Of a stretch of DNA of 46,063 nucleotides, positions 1 to 8,998 are shown piece by piece (positions within the stretch are counted from its first letter, which is position 1; the number at the start of each line of letters is the position of its first letter). Made by a program: the position numbers and the translations under genes. This DNA comes from an uncultured Candidatus Saccharibacteria bacterium (GTDB lineage: Bacteria > Patescibacteriota > Minisyncoccia > Phycocordibacterales > UBA2100), in the NCBI GenBank assembly GCA_964512835.1, contig CAZELA010000002.1, positions 171,037 to 217,099 on the forward strand. Direction: 5' to 3'. The notes under the pieces are model-generated. The model saw nothing but the letters and a program-made list of their open reading frames with translations. It was not told the DNA's origin and ran no database searches.

Positions 1-29
1 CGCAGAAAATTAAGCAACACAGCCCCCGT

Positions 30-57
30 TTGGACCCTCCGTTCAAACAGGTATAAT
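30..57 (+). promoter_or_regulatory. sigma70-like promoter candidate upstream of ftsE
   Basis: TTGGAC (30-35), 16-nt spacer, TATAAT (52-57), read directly. Confidence 0.4.
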
Positions 58-129
58 GATTCGACGTTCGGCACGAGCCGGATCCGATAGTCAGGCTGTT
101 CCGGTCCCGCTGACGGACAATTTACGGGG

Positions 130-825
130 ATGCAAAACTTCATGATCTATTTCGACAAAGTGACCAAAATATATGCGACCGGCACGCCGCCTGCAGTTGC
201 AGACGTAACGCTCGGTATCGAACCGGGTGAGTTCGTTTCTATCGTGGGTCATTCAGGTGCCGGCAAGACCACGCTCCTCAAGATGCTGTTCGCCGAGGTC
301 TTTCCGACCGAAGGCTCCGTATATTTCGGTTCAAAGCCGATCACCGAGCTCTCCGATAAGGAGCTGCTTCGTATGCGACGCAACATCGGGACTATCTTTC
401 AGGATTTCCGCCTTCTGCCGACCAAAAATGTGTACGAAAACATCGCATTTGCCCTCGAGGTTGCCGGAAAAAGTGACGAAGACATCCAGGCGGATGTACC
501 GCACGTACTCGACCTTGTCGGCCTTGCCGACAAGATCTGGTCATTTCCGCACGAACTCTCCGGCGGAGAACAACAGCGCATCGCGATTGCGCGCGCGATC
601 GTGAACCAGCCTGATGTGCTCATTGCAGACGAACCGACGGGCAATCTTGATCCGATCAATGCGCACGATGTCGTCGAGATTCTCAAAAAGATCAACGACC
701 TCGGCACGACCGTGCTCCTGACCACACACAATAAATCGATCGTCGATTCAGTCGGCCGTCGTGTGGTCACCATGGACCAGGGTCGCGTGGTGCGCGATGA
801 TAAGCAGGGTAAATACGTCTTGTAA
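130..825 (+). CDS. ftsE: cell-division ABC ATPase FtsE
   Basis: Walker A GHSGAGKTT, ABC signature LSGGEQQR, Walker B LIADEPTGNLD; followed by ftsX. Alternative start ATG 142 (MIYFDKV). Confidence 0.93.
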   Translation: MQNFMIYFDKVTKIYATGTPPAVADVTLGIEPGEFVSIVGHSGAGKTTLLKMLFAEVFPTEGSVYFGSKPITELSDKELLRMRRNIGTIFQDFRLLPTKNVYENIAFALEVAGKSDEDIQADVPHVLDLVGLADKIWSFPHELSGGEQQRIAIARAIVNQPDVLIADEPTGNLDPINAHDVVEILKKINDLGTTVLLTTHNKSIVDSVGRRVVTMDQGRVVRDDKQGKYVL

Positions 826-843
826 CATACACTTACTTTCAAT

Positions 844-1773
844 ATGTCTCTGTGGCTCAGCATGAAGCGTGTAACGAGGTACGGCATAGCCGGCTTCGTT
901 CGTAACGGGTTCATTTCTCTCGCGGCGATTCTGATCATGACGATCACGCTGTTTGTTGTCGCAGGACTCATGATGTCGGCGGCGGCACTCGATGCAACAC
1001 TCGCACAGCTCACCAACAAGGTTGATGTGACGGTTTACTTCACACCGAACGCATCGCTCGAGCAGATCACCACGATCCAAAACTCTCTCAAGGCACTGCC
1101 GGAGGTCGCGTCGATCAAATATGTCTCCCGTGAAGACGCGCTCGCGGAGTTCAGGGAGCGACACAAGAATGATCAGCTTACACTGCAGGCGCTTGAAGAG
1201 CTCGGCGATAATCCCCTCGGGGCATCGCTCGAGATCCGCGCGAAAGAAACGTCGCAGTACGAGGCAATCTCGAAGTATCTTTCCGATCAGGCGGCAAACC
1301 AGACAGGCTCATCGGCATTCATCGACAAGATCAACTTCTTCCAGAACAAGGCGGCTATCGACCGTCTGACCAACATCATCCAGACGTCGCAGCGCCTCGG
1401 TATCGCAATAACCATCATTCTTGCGGTCTCATCGGTACTGATTGCGTTCAACACGATCCGTCTCGCTATCTATACGGCACGCGACGAGATCGGGGTTATG
1501 AACCTCGTGGGAGCGGGACATTGGTATGTGCGCGGTCCGTTTATGGTCGCCGGCATCCTCTACGGCATCGTATCCGCCATCATTGTGCTCATTGTGCTCT
1601 ACCCGGTCACGATTTGGCTGGGACCGGGGTCCGAAAAGTTTCTGGGCTCGTTCAACGTGTTTACGTACTACACCGATACCTTTGCGACACTGTTTTTGAC
1701 CCTCATGGGGGCGGGGATCGGTATCGGGGCATTGTCTTCGTACCTGGCAGTACGACGATACCTGAGAATGTAA
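844..1773 (+). CDS. ftsX: cell-division permease-like protein FtsX
   Basis: 309 aa with an N-terminal TM, a soluble loop and C-terminal TM segments; lies directly after ftsE. Confidence 0.88.
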   Translation: MSLWLSMKRVTRYGIAGFVRNGFISLAAILIMTITLFVVAGLMMSAAALDATLAQLTNKVDVTVYFTPNASLEQITTIQNSLKALPEVASIKYVSREDALAEFRERHKNDQLTLQALEELGDNPLGASLEIRAKETSQYEAISKYLSDQAANQTGSSAFIDKINFFQNKAAIDRLTNIIQTSQRLGIAITIILAVSSVLIAFNTIRLAIYTARDEIGVMNLVGAGHWYVRGPFMVAGILYGIVSAIIVLIVLYPVTIWLGPGSEKFLGSFNVFTYYTDTFATLFLTLMGAGIGIGALSSYLAVRRYLRM

Positions 1774-1832
1774 GCGCCCATCGGGCATTCCGCTTTCCCC
1801 ACGTGCGTATTTTTATGGGCTCCCGTAGCCTG

Positions 1833-1841
1833 TGCTAGACT
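1833..1841 (+). promoter_or_regulatory. extended -10 (TGcTAGACT) 7 nt before the pyrG ATG; leaderless candidate
   Basis: TGc 1833-1835, TAGACT 1836-1841, ATG 1849. Confidence 0.45.
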
Positions 1842-1848
1842 GCGGGAC

Positions 1849-3501
1849 ATGCAGCGTGCGCACGCAGGGCATAAGTATATTTTCGTTGTGGGTGGGGTGA
1901 TGTCCGGAGTCGGAAAGGGAATCACTACAGCCTCGATCGGTAAAATTCTTTCCGCCCGCGGACTCTCAGTCAATCTCGTAAAAATAGACCCGTATTTGAA
2001 CGTGGACGCGGGTACCATGAACCCGACTGAACACGGCGAAGTGTTCGTACTTGATTCCGGTCTCGAAACGGACCAGGACATGGGTAACTACGAGCGCTTC
2101 CTTGGCAGAGACCTCGGTCCCGAGGATTACATGACCTCCGGCATGATCTACAAAGACGTGATCGAGCGCGAACGAAACTTGGGCTACGGCGGCAAATGTG
2201 TCGAGGCGGTCCCGCATGTGCGAGACGAGATTATCGCCCGATTTGAAAAGGCTGCCGAACTCGCACAGTCCGACATCACGGTCGTTGAGATCGGCGGCAC
2301 GATCGGCGACTTTCAGAATGCGCTCTTTATCGATGCGGCGCGCGTTATGCACCTCCGCCACTACGGGGATGTGCTGTTTGCGATGGTGTCGTACATGCCG
2401 ATCCCGGGCACGATCGGAGAGATGAAGACCAAGCCGACTCAGAACGCCATCCGTCAATTGAACTCATACGGCGTACAGCCGGATATTCTGATCGCGCGCG
2501 CCAACGTGCCCATGGACCAGAAGCGCAAGGAAAAACTTTCGATCTCGTGCTCGGTTCCGGCTGCACACATTATTTCGGCACCGGATGTGGATTCAATCTA
2601 CGACGTGCCGCTTAATTTCGAGGCTGACGGTCTTTCGGATATTATTTTGCGCGAGCTGGATATAGCGCCGAAACAGGATTCGGATCTTTCCGAATGGAAG
2701 GACCTCGCGCAGCGCATGCACAACGGTTCGAAGCCGGTAAAGATCGGTATCGTCGGAAAATATTTTGATACGGGCGACTTTGTACTCTCCGACGCATACC
2801 TCTCGGTGATCGAAGCGATCAAGTACTCGGCCGCTCACTTGGGTGTAAAGGCGAAGATCGATTGGTTGAATGCAAAGACTTACCAAACCGATCCGTCTAA
2901 GGTTTCCGAGCTCGCGGAGTATGACGGCATCATCGTGCCGGGCGGATTCGGCGAAACGGGTATCGAGGGCAAGATCAACGCGATTAAATTCTGCCGCGAG
3001 AACAAGGTTCCGTACTTCGGGCTGTGCTACGGCATGCAGCTTATGACCGTCGAATACGCACGCAACGTGGTCGGGCTCAAAGACGCAAACACAACAGAGA
3101 TCAATCAGTCGACACCGCATCCGATTATCGCCATTCTTCCTGAACAGATCGAGAAGCTTGCACGCAAAGACTACGGCGGGTCGATGCGTCTTGGCGCCTA
3201 TGACTGCACCATCGAAAAGGGAACCATCGCAGCGGACTCATACGGCGCGCTTTCTATTTCCGAACGACACCGACATCGATACGAAGTGAATCCGGAGTAT
3301 GTCGACCGACTGACACAGGCGGGTCTCGTATTTTCCGGTCGATCACCGGACGGTCATCTGATGGAGATCGCCGAGCTACCGCGTGACGTGCATCCGTTTA
3401 TGCTCGGCACCCAGGCGCACCCTGAGCTCAAAGCGCGACCGCTCTCGCCGCACCCTTTGTTCACGTCGTTCCTCCAGGCTGCCATCGACGGTCAGAAATA
3501 G
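1849..3501 (+). CDS. pyrG: CTP synthase
   Basis: N-terminal KYIFVVGGVMSGVGKGI synthase motif; C-terminal glutamine amidotransferase with GLCYGMQ and HPE; 550 aa, a typical length. Confidence 0.96.
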   Translation: MQRAHAGHKYIFVVGGVMSGVGKGITTASIGKILSARGLSVNLVKIDPYLNVDAGTMNPTEHGEVFVLDSGLETDQDMGNYERFLGRDLGPEDYMTSGMIYKDVIERERNLGYGGKCVEAVPHVRDEIIARFEKAAELAQSDITVVEIGGTIGDFQNALFIDAARVMHLRHYGDVLFAMVSYMPIPGTIGEMKTKPTQNAIRQLNSYGVQPDILIARANVPMDQKRKEKLSISCSVPAAHIISAPDVDSIYDVPLNFEADGLSDIILRELDIAPKQDSDLSEWKDLAQRMHNGSKPVKIGIVGKYFDTGDFVLSDAYLSVIEAIKYSAAHLGVKAKIDWLNAKTYQTDPSKVSELAEYDGIIVPGGFGETGIEGKINAIKFCRENKVPYFGLCYGMQLMTVEYARNVVGLKDANTTEINQSTPHPIIAILPEQIEKLARKDYGGSMRLGAYDCTIEKGTIAADSYGALSISERHRHRYEVNPEYVDRLTQAGLVFSGRSPDGHLMEIAELPRDVHPFMLGTQAHPELKARPLSPHPLFTSFLQAAIDGQK

Positions 3502-3502
3502 C

Positions 3503-4225
3503 ATGTCGGGCCTCAGGCTCGTCTCGGTCAATATTGAGCGGTCACGGCATCTGGACCGCATCATTCCTTTTTTGGGAGTTACCAAGCCCGATGTTCTATG
3601 CGTGCAGGAGCTGGAAGAGGGCGACATCAAAGCAATCGAACAGTCGAGCGGATTGCGTGCTGTGTTCTGTCCGTTCGGAATACTCGGACCTCGGGGTGCG
3701 CACTCGCACGAGAATATGCCGACCGGGGTCGGTATATTTGCACGCACCCACATCGCATCTCGCGCCGTGTTCTATAAAGGAAGCGAGGAAGGTGCGCGGA
3801 CGCCCACGAAGCAGTCGTTCACCAATTGCGCGGTGCTCTCGCTTGATTGCGCGCATGAAGGCGATGTCTACCGGATTGCAACGACCCACTTTACGTGGGT
3901 GAACGGCGGAGGAGTCAGTGATGAGCAGCGCGAGGACCTTACGCGCATGTTTCCGGTCTTGGAATCACTGCAGGAGTTCGTGCTGACCGGGGACTTCAAT
4001 GCGCCGCGCGGTCGCGAAATATTTTCTGCCATAGCGGAGCGGTATCACGACAATATTCCGCGCGAATACACGACATCGATCGACGGGGCGCTTCATCGCG
4101 CAGGCCCGTTGCCGTATATGGTTGACGGTCTGTTCACGACCCCGCGCTACGAGGCTGCGAACGTGCGCCTCGAGGACGGCGTTTCCGATCACATGGCTGT
4201 TGTTGCACGTATCCGTAAGCAATAA
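3503..4225 (+). CDS. endonuclease/exonuclease/phosphatase (EEP) family protein
   Basis: DVLCVQELEE, LTGDFNAPRG, VSDHMAV motifs. ATG 3503 lies 1 nt after the pyrG stop; the longer ORF from 3383 overlaps pyrG. Confidence 0.8.
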   Translation: MSGLRLVSVNIERSRHLDRIIPFLGVTKPDVLCVQELEEGDIKAIEQSSGLRAVFCPFGILGPRGAHSHENMPTGVGIFARTHIASRAVFYKGSEEGARTPTKQSFTNCAVLSLDCAHEGDVYRIATTHFTWVNGGGVSDEQREDLTRMFPVLESLQEFVLTGDFNAPRGREIFSAIAERYHDNIPREYTTSIDGALHRAGPLPYMVDGLFTTPRYEAANVRLEDGVSDHMAVVARIRKQ

Positions 4226-4250
4226 AAGGTACTAAGGCTATACTTGCAAT

Positions 4251-5192
4251 ATGGAAGCGTTCCGCGAATTTTTCGCGTTTCTTGCCGCGGCACTGTCGGG
4301 CATGATCGCGCTCGCAAGCCAGGACATCAGTTTTATTGCACTGCCGCTCCCGCCGCGTGAGCCGGAAGCGCATGTGCTCTTTGTGGGTGACATGATGTTT
4401 GACCGCTCGATCCGCGAAGCCATGACGTCCTCGGGCGGTGATTTTGTATTTTCGTGTATCGATCAAAAACTCGCGGAGGCCGACTTTGTCGTCGGCAATC
4501 TGGAAGGGCCCATCACACCGAATCCTTCCAAGAGTGTCGGTTCGACCGTGGGGTCACCGGATAACTTCGTATTCACGTTTCCCGAATTCGTTGCGCCCCT
4601 GTTGTCGCGTCACAACGTGCGTGCTGTTTCGCTCGGGAATAATCATATCTACAACTTCGGCGAAGAGGGTGTACAGGATACGGTGCGCGCACTCGGGCAG
4701 GCACACGTCGGGTACTTCGGAGAACCGGGCGGACAATCGGTATCGAACATCGATCATGGAGCCGTCCGTTTGTCGTTTATCGGGTACAACGAATTTGACG
4801 GCGGGTGGTCTCCGGAGACGACCGTGCGCGCGATCAAGGACGCGCGGACTGCCGGACGCATTCCGGTGGTGTTTGCGCACTGGGGCGATGAATACAGTCC
4901 GGCGACCGATCGCCAGAAAAAACTTGCGCGACGATTCGTAGATGAGGGCGCAGAACTCGTCATCGGCGCCCACCCGCATGTGATACAGGAGTCGGAACTC
5001 TATGCGGGAAAACATATCTATTATTCGCTCGGAAACTTCATCTTTGATCAGTATTGGAACAACGATGTGCGCACGGGTCTCATGGTGACGGTCGCGTTTG
5101 ACCGCACGGGTGTGCAGGATGTACGCGAAGCGCGCGTGAGCCTCGGTCGCGACCGGCGCACCTGTCCCGAAGGAGAACCGACCGGTGTCTAA
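4251..5192 (+). CDS. CapA-family (poly-gamma-glutamate capsule synthesis-like) metallophosphatase
   Basis: FVGDMMFDR, GNLEGPIT, LGNNH, HWGDEY, GAHPHV, SLGNFIFDQ motifs; N-terminal TM; TATACT 6 nt before the ATG. Confidence 0.85.
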   Translation: MEAFREFFAFLAAALSGMIALASQDISFIALPLPPREPEAHVLFVGDMMFDRSIREAMTSSGGDFVFSCIDQKLAEADFVVGNLEGPITPNPSKSVGSTVGSPDNFVFTFPEFVAPLLSRHNVRAVSLGNNHIYNFGEEGVQDTVRALGQAHVGYFGEPGGQSVSNIDHGAVRLSFIGYNEFDGGWSPETTVRAIKDARTAGRIPVVFAHWGDEYSPATDRQKKLARRFVDEGAELVIGAHPHVIQESELYAGKHIYYSLGNFIFDQYWNNDVRTGLMVTVAFDRTGVQDVREARVSLGRDRRTCPEGEPTGV

Positions 5193-5246
5193 AGCGAGCA
5201 TGAAAGGCGGATTGTCTTTTCACGTCAGAGGGATATGATGGCCCGC

Positions 5247-5780
5247 ATGCAAAAAACCAACAGGATTATCGGCATCGTCGCCGTTATCGTACTTTTGATC
5301 GTAGGGGTATTTCTCGCGCTCTACTTCGGGCCGGCCGCGCGCGAATCACGCGGTAATGATCAGGCCGAAGCCGTGCTTATGGAGTTCGGCGCCACCCTGA
5401 AGAATGTGTCACTCCTTGCGGACGCTGCCGCGCTTGCACAGGCAATAGATCAGAACTATGCGCCCTACATCACGCCGGAATTGCTCGCGGATTGGAAGGC
5501 GAATCCTACACATGTACCGGGCCGACTCACGTCGAGTCCGTGGCCGGAGCGCCTCACGATCGGTACCATTACCGAACAGGGAAGCGGTCGTATCGTTACG
5601 GGCGAGGTGATCCTCGTTACAAACGGCGACACTGCAGGCGCAACCGCCGACACCGTCCCGTATGTTGCGCAACTTATTCCGACCGACGGCGGTTGGAAGA
5701 TCGCCGCCTATCAGGAGGAAAAAGTGCAGACGCTCAAGAACATCCCGACGACGGACGAAGATATCCCGGGTGCCCGCTAA
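5247..5780 (+). CDS. hypothetical membrane-anchored protein
   Basis: ORF 5235-5780. N-terminal TM IIGIVAVIVLLIVGVFLALYF. Start placed at ATG 5247, 7 nt after TATGAT (5234-5239). No recognised family. Confidence 0.6.
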   Translation: MQKTNRIIGIVAVIVLLIVGVFLALYFGPAARESRGNDQAEAVLMEFGATLKNVSLLADAAALAQAIDQNYAPYITPELLADWKANPTHVPGRLTSSPWPERLTIGTITEQGSGRIVTGEVILVTNGDTAGATADTVPYVAQLIPTDGGWKIAAYQEEKVQTLKNIPTTDEDIPGAR

Positions 5781-5820
5781 TGGATATATCGCTTTTTCAG
5801 AGAGCGCGTACTATTGAGGT

Positions 5821-6666
5821 ATGAATACGCTCACGCGGATAGAGCGGGGACTCGCGGTCGTATTTGCGGCACTTTCCGTTTCGGCGATTGTCCTGTTCGG
5901 CTTGTCGCTCGTGCCGAACGGTATACCGACAAAGGCGGTCGCGTCGGCGGCAGAATCGGTGGACGAATTGCCGCCCCCGCCGGCTCCCGAACTCAACACC
6001 TATATAGAGGTTATCGACGGATGTGGTCCGTACTTTCAGGGTGCGTGCGTGAACATTCGGTCCGGCCCCGGTGCAACCTATGCCGATGTCGGAAATTTGC
6101 GCACGGGCATGGTGCTGCGTGTCGGTGAGACGCGGGTCGTAGACGGCGAGACCTGGTATCGCGTTATTTTTGACGAATCGGTCCGGTATCCCGAACGCAT
6201 ATCCAAACAATGGTGGGTGGCGGGCGCCTTTGTTCGCGTGTTCAAACACGAAGGCCCGAATGTGCTGAAGGCGGGAGCAACGGCGACATCTTCTAAGCGA
6301 ATTGAAGTGGATCGCACATTGCAGATGTTGTACGCATATGACGGCGATACGCTGTTTATGAAGCAGCAGATATCGACAGGGCTCGATGACATGCCGACGC
6401 CGCGCGGGTATTTCAAAGTGTTTAGCATGACCCCGTCGCGCTACATGCAGGGACCGCTTCCGGGTATTTCTGAACAGTACTACGATCTGCCGGGGGTGCC
6501 GTGGGATATATATTTTACGCACGAGGGGGCAGCCATTCACGGCGCATACTGGCATGACAAGTTCGGAGAACAATGGTCGCACGGATGTGTGAATGTGCCG
6601 GTCGAAAAGGCTCGCGAGTTGTATGAATGGGCTGAGCTCGGAATGACCGTGTGGGTACACGATTAG
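5821..6666 (+). CDS. L,D-transpeptidase (YkuD domain) with SH3b-like domain
   Basis: C-terminal HGAYWHDKFGEQWSHGCVNV catalytic His/Cys motif; SH3-like CVNIRSGPGATYADVGNLRTGMVLRV; N-terminal TM. Confidence 0.85.
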   Translation: MNTLTRIERGLAVVFAALSVSAIVLFGLSLVPNGIPTKAVASAAESVDELPPPPAPELNTYIEVIDGCGPYFQGACVNIRSGPGATYADVGNLRTGMVLRVGETRVVDGETWYRVIFDESVRYPERISKQWWVAGAFVRVFKHEGPNVLKAGATATSSKRIEVDRTLQMLYAYDGDTLFMKQQISTGLDDMPTPRGYFKVFSMTPSRYMQGPLPGISEQYYDLPGVPWDIYFTHEGAAIHGAYWHDKFGEQWSHGCVNVPVEKARELYEWAELGMTVWVHD

Positions 6667-6737
6667 TTGTTCACGTCCATACGTTGTAGGGATGTGCATG
6701 CTGCCATAGCATGAGCATATAGTCGTTAACTGTTTGT

Positions 6738-7007
6738 ATGGAAATAAAAATTCAGATCGATAGAAAGACCGGACTCGTGCTTCTCGTTGCATTCGTGGCG
6801 GGAATGCTCGGCGGTCTTATTGCGTGCTGCCTTATGTTGCGCCATGCGGACATGCGCATGTTCCACGCCGGATTCGACGGGCGCGGCGTGCGCACGATGC
6901 GTGTCGAGTCCTACGGGACACCGGGGCAGAATGTGATCTATACATCGGATAGTTCTGTCCCTGCGGGTGGCTCTATCCAGGTCGCGGGCTCTCCGGACAC
7001 TCAATAA
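6738..7007 (+). CDS. small hypothetical membrane protein
   Basis: 89 aa with one TM (LVLLVAFVAGMLGGLIACCLML); followed by a strong terminator. Confidence 0.5.
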   Translation: MEIKIQIDRKTGLVLLVAFVAGMLGGLIACCLMLRHADMRMFHAGFDGRGVRTMRVESYGTPGQNVIYTSDSSVPAGGSIQVAGSPDTQ

Positions 7008-7030
7008 GTTGGCGCCACACCTTCACGGAC

Positions 7031-7060
7031 AAAGGCCGCAAAAAGCGGCCTTTGTTTTTT
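7031..7060 (+). terminator. rho-independent terminator
   Basis: Stem AAAGGCCGC / GCGGCCTTT, loop AAAAA, then a T-run. Confidence 0.8.
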
Positions 7061-7062
7061 AT

Positions 7063-7169
7063 GCTTTGGGACAAGGACCGTTCGCGCGGCAAGTTAGTAC
7101 TGGGGGACTTGGACTTCCTCACCCCAAAGCGTCGCCGTCGCGCTCATTCACGCTTTGGGACAAGGACCG
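7063..7169. repeat. 18-bp perfect direct repeat GCTTTGGGACAAGGACCG (7063-7080 and 7152-7169)
   Basis: Identical 18-mers 89 nt apart in non-coding spacer; flanks are partly similar (TCGCnC). Confidence 0.85.
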
Positions 7170-7303
7170 CTCGCTCAGCTCGCTTTTGGAAACCCACGGT
7201 TTCCAACGGCCGAGTACGGCCTGCCTTCCTCCACGGGAAACTACCGTTTCCCGACCCCTTCACGTCCAAGTCCCTTAGGACTCGTTCGCTTCGCTCACTC
7301 GTG

Positions 7304-7374
7304 CTGCGGGACTTGGACTCGAACCAAGATACACTGCTCCAGAGGCAGTAGTCCTACCATTAGACGATCCCGCA
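7304..7374 (-). tRNA. tRNA-Gln (anticodon CUG)
   Basis: Hand-folded cloverleaf: acceptor UGCGGGA/UCCCGCA (U1-A72), anticodon stem ACUGC/GCAGU with loop CUCUGGA, T-arm CUUGG-UUCGAGU-CCAAG, discriminator G; no encoded CCA. Confidence 0.9.
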
Positions 7375-7383
7375 ATGCGCGTA

Positions 7384-7412
7384 ACAATACTAAAAAAGGC
7401 GCGTAGATTCAA
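7384..7412 (-). promoter_or_regulatory. promoter candidate for tRNA-Gln (TTGAAT-17 nt-TATTGT)
   Basis: Minus-strand TTGAAT (7407-7412) and TATTGT (7384-7389); the -10 ends 9 nt before the mature 5' end. Confidence 0.45.
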
Positions 7413-7503
7413 TGCCTGAGCACGGGACGGCAAAAGCGCGGGTTCCGAAGCGATGTGCGCGGTTTCGCTTGCGAAATGCGCAAAATCTGCGAACGTTAGA
7501 GGC

Positions 7504-7854
7504 ATGACAGCATCGAACAGGGTAGTAATGATCATTCTGCTCATCGCCGTATTCGGAGCGGGCTATGGCACGGCGTCACTCCGCGCAGACGAGATGCCGG
7601 CGACAGCGACCATGGAACACACGATGGATTCCATGACTGCCTCGCTCGACGGAAAGACCGGCGATGATTTCGACAAAGCCTTTCTTTCCGAAATGATCAC
7701 GCATCACGAGGGCGCTGTTGAAATGGCCGAGGCCGCCAAGGACGATGCGAAGCACGACGAGATCAAACAAATGGCGAATGCCATCATAGAAGCACAGACA
7801 AAAGAGATCGCTCAGATGCATCGGTGGATGACCGAGTGGTACGGCACTCACTAA
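7504..7854 (+). CDS. DUF305 family protein (secreted, four-helix metal-binding type)
   Basis: DDFDKAFLSEMITHHEGAVEMA and IIEAQTKEIAQMHRW motifs; signal/TM from MTASNRVVMIILLIAVFGAG. Confidence 0.82.
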   Translation: MTASNRVVMIILLIAVFGAGYGTASLRADEMPATATMEHTMDSMTASLDGKTGDDFDKAFLSEMITHHEGAVEMAEAAKDDAKHDEIKQMANAIIEAQTKEIAQMHRWMTEWYGTH

Positions 7855-7864
7855 CGAAAGAGAA

Positions 7865-7888
7865 AGACCCGGGGCACACCCCGGGTCT
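7865..7888. terminator. hairpin terminator between convergent genes
   Basis: AGACCCGGGG-CACA-CCCCGGGTCT; U-rich tail on the minus-strand transcript. Confidence 0.7.
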
Positions 7889-7904
7889 CGTTGTCTGCGG
7901 TGCG

Positions 7905-8309
7905 TTACAGCACCTGGATCGTCGCGCGGCGTCCGTTACGCATGACCGCGTTGAACAGGAACTCAGCATTCGTCGGGTGCAATCGCACGCAGCCGTGCGA
8001 TGCGGGTCGCCCGAGTTTGCCGGTCTCGGTGGTCCCGTGAAATGCCACGTCCCCGTTGAAGAAGATTGAGTGCGGCATGGGCGCGTCGTCGTAGATGCTC
8101 GAGTAGTGGTCGGCGTCCATCGACTGCACGCCGAAGGTGCCCGGCGGCGTCCAGTGGGCCTTGAGCCCGGTCGACGTCTTCCACACGTGGACGGTGCCGT
8201 TGATGGTGGCCGTGACCCGCTGCGTCGTGCGGTCGACGACCACGTGCACGTCAGCCTGCGCGGCTGACACGAGGCCGAGAAAAAAGAACAGAGCAATAAC
8301 AAATCGCAT
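7905..8309 (-). CDS. L,D-transpeptidase (YkuD domain), secreted
   Basis: Signal peptide MRFVIALFFFLGLVSAAQA; catalytic HGTTE...SHGCVRL motif; SD AGGAAGGG 7 nt upstream; a sampled 60 nt is 67% GC. Confidence 0.85.
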   Translation of the reverse strand: MRFVIALFFFLGLVSAAQADVHVVVDRTTQRVTATINGTVHVWKTSTGLKAHWTPPGTFGVQSMDADHYSSIYDDAPMPHSIFFNGDVAFHGTTETGKLGRPASHGCVRLHPTNAEFLFNAVMRNGRRATIQVL

Positions 8310-8419
8310 TTCCTAACCCTTCCTATGATGCTGGCACGAACCTGTCGTGCCCTTATGAATTATCCCAGATGCGCGTACGTGTCAAACGACACGCATGTTC
8401 ATACTGTCTTGCGTCGCTC

Positions 8420-8428
8420 TGCTATACT
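8420..8428 (+). promoter_or_regulatory. extended -10 (TGcTATACT) 6 nt before ATG 8435; leaderless candidate
   Basis: Read directly. Confidence 0.45.
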
Positions 8429-8434
8429 TTTGCC

Positions 8435-8899
8435 ATGAAAAAAATTACGCAGTCGGTCATTATCAATGCTCCCCGCGAACACGTGTTTCGCGTCATGCTC
8501 GACGACGCTACGTATCGCGAATGGACGCTTCCGTTCAACCCGAAAGGCGGGTGGGCAGAAGGTGACTGGAGCGAAGGAAGTACCATGAAATTCCTCGGCC
8601 CTGATCCTGCGAGTGAGTCGGGAGAAATCGGCGGTATGTACGCGCGCGTTGCGAAAAATACACCGAATGAGTTCTTGTCTATCGAACATATCGGTATGAT
8701 CAACAGTGCCGGCGAGATCGACACCGAAAGCGAAATGGTAAAACAGTGGACGCCCGCCTTCGAGAATTACACATTCAAAGACGTTGATGGCGGCACGGAA
8801 GTGCGGGTTGATATGGATATCGCCGACCAATACGAATCAATGTTTGCGGAGATGTGGCCGCAGGCACTCGCAAAGCTGAAAGAGATCAGCGAGCGATAG
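8435..8899 (+). CDS. SRPBCC/AHSA1-like family protein
   Basis: N-terminus MKKITQSVIINAPREHVFRVMLDDATYREWT is typical of the Aha1/SRPBCC fold family; about 154 aa. Confidence 0.75.
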   Translation: MKKITQSVIINAPREHVFRVMLDDATYREWTLPFNPKGGWAEGDWSEGSTMKFLGPDPASESGEIGGMYARVAKNTPNEFLSIEHIGMINSAGEIDTESEMVKQWTPAFENYTFKDVDGGTEVRVDMDIADQYESMFAEMWPQALAKLKEISER

Positions 8900-8936
8900 G
8901 ATCCCGGGATCTTCCCGACTCCTCGCCTCCGATACC

Positions 8937-8964
8937 AAAAAACTCCCCGGTCGGGGAGTTTTTT
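8937..8964. terminator. bidirectional rho-independent terminator
   Basis: A6-CTCCCC-GGTC-GGGGAG-T6 between convergent genes. Confidence 0.8.
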
Positions 8965-8998
8965 GTTCATATCACTTCGTTCGATCCAAGAATGAAGC

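Noticed and set aside
3383-3502. N-terminal extension of the EEP gene overlapping pyrG by 119 nt
   Set aside because: The extension is Arg/Ser-rich and lies out of frame over pyrG. ATG 3503, right after the pyrG stop, gives a typical EEP N-terminus.
5797-6792. 331-aa minus-strand ORF
   Set aside because: It lies antisense to the well-supported YkuD/SH3b gene. The sequence is R/H/C-rich and has no motifs.
6967-7406. Three overlapping ORFs (83-103 aa) in the spacer next to tRNA-Gln
   Set aside because: They run through the tRNA gene, the direct repeats and the hairpins. Their composition is low-complexity Arg/Pro/Ser and they have no start signals. The region is treated as non-coding and structured.
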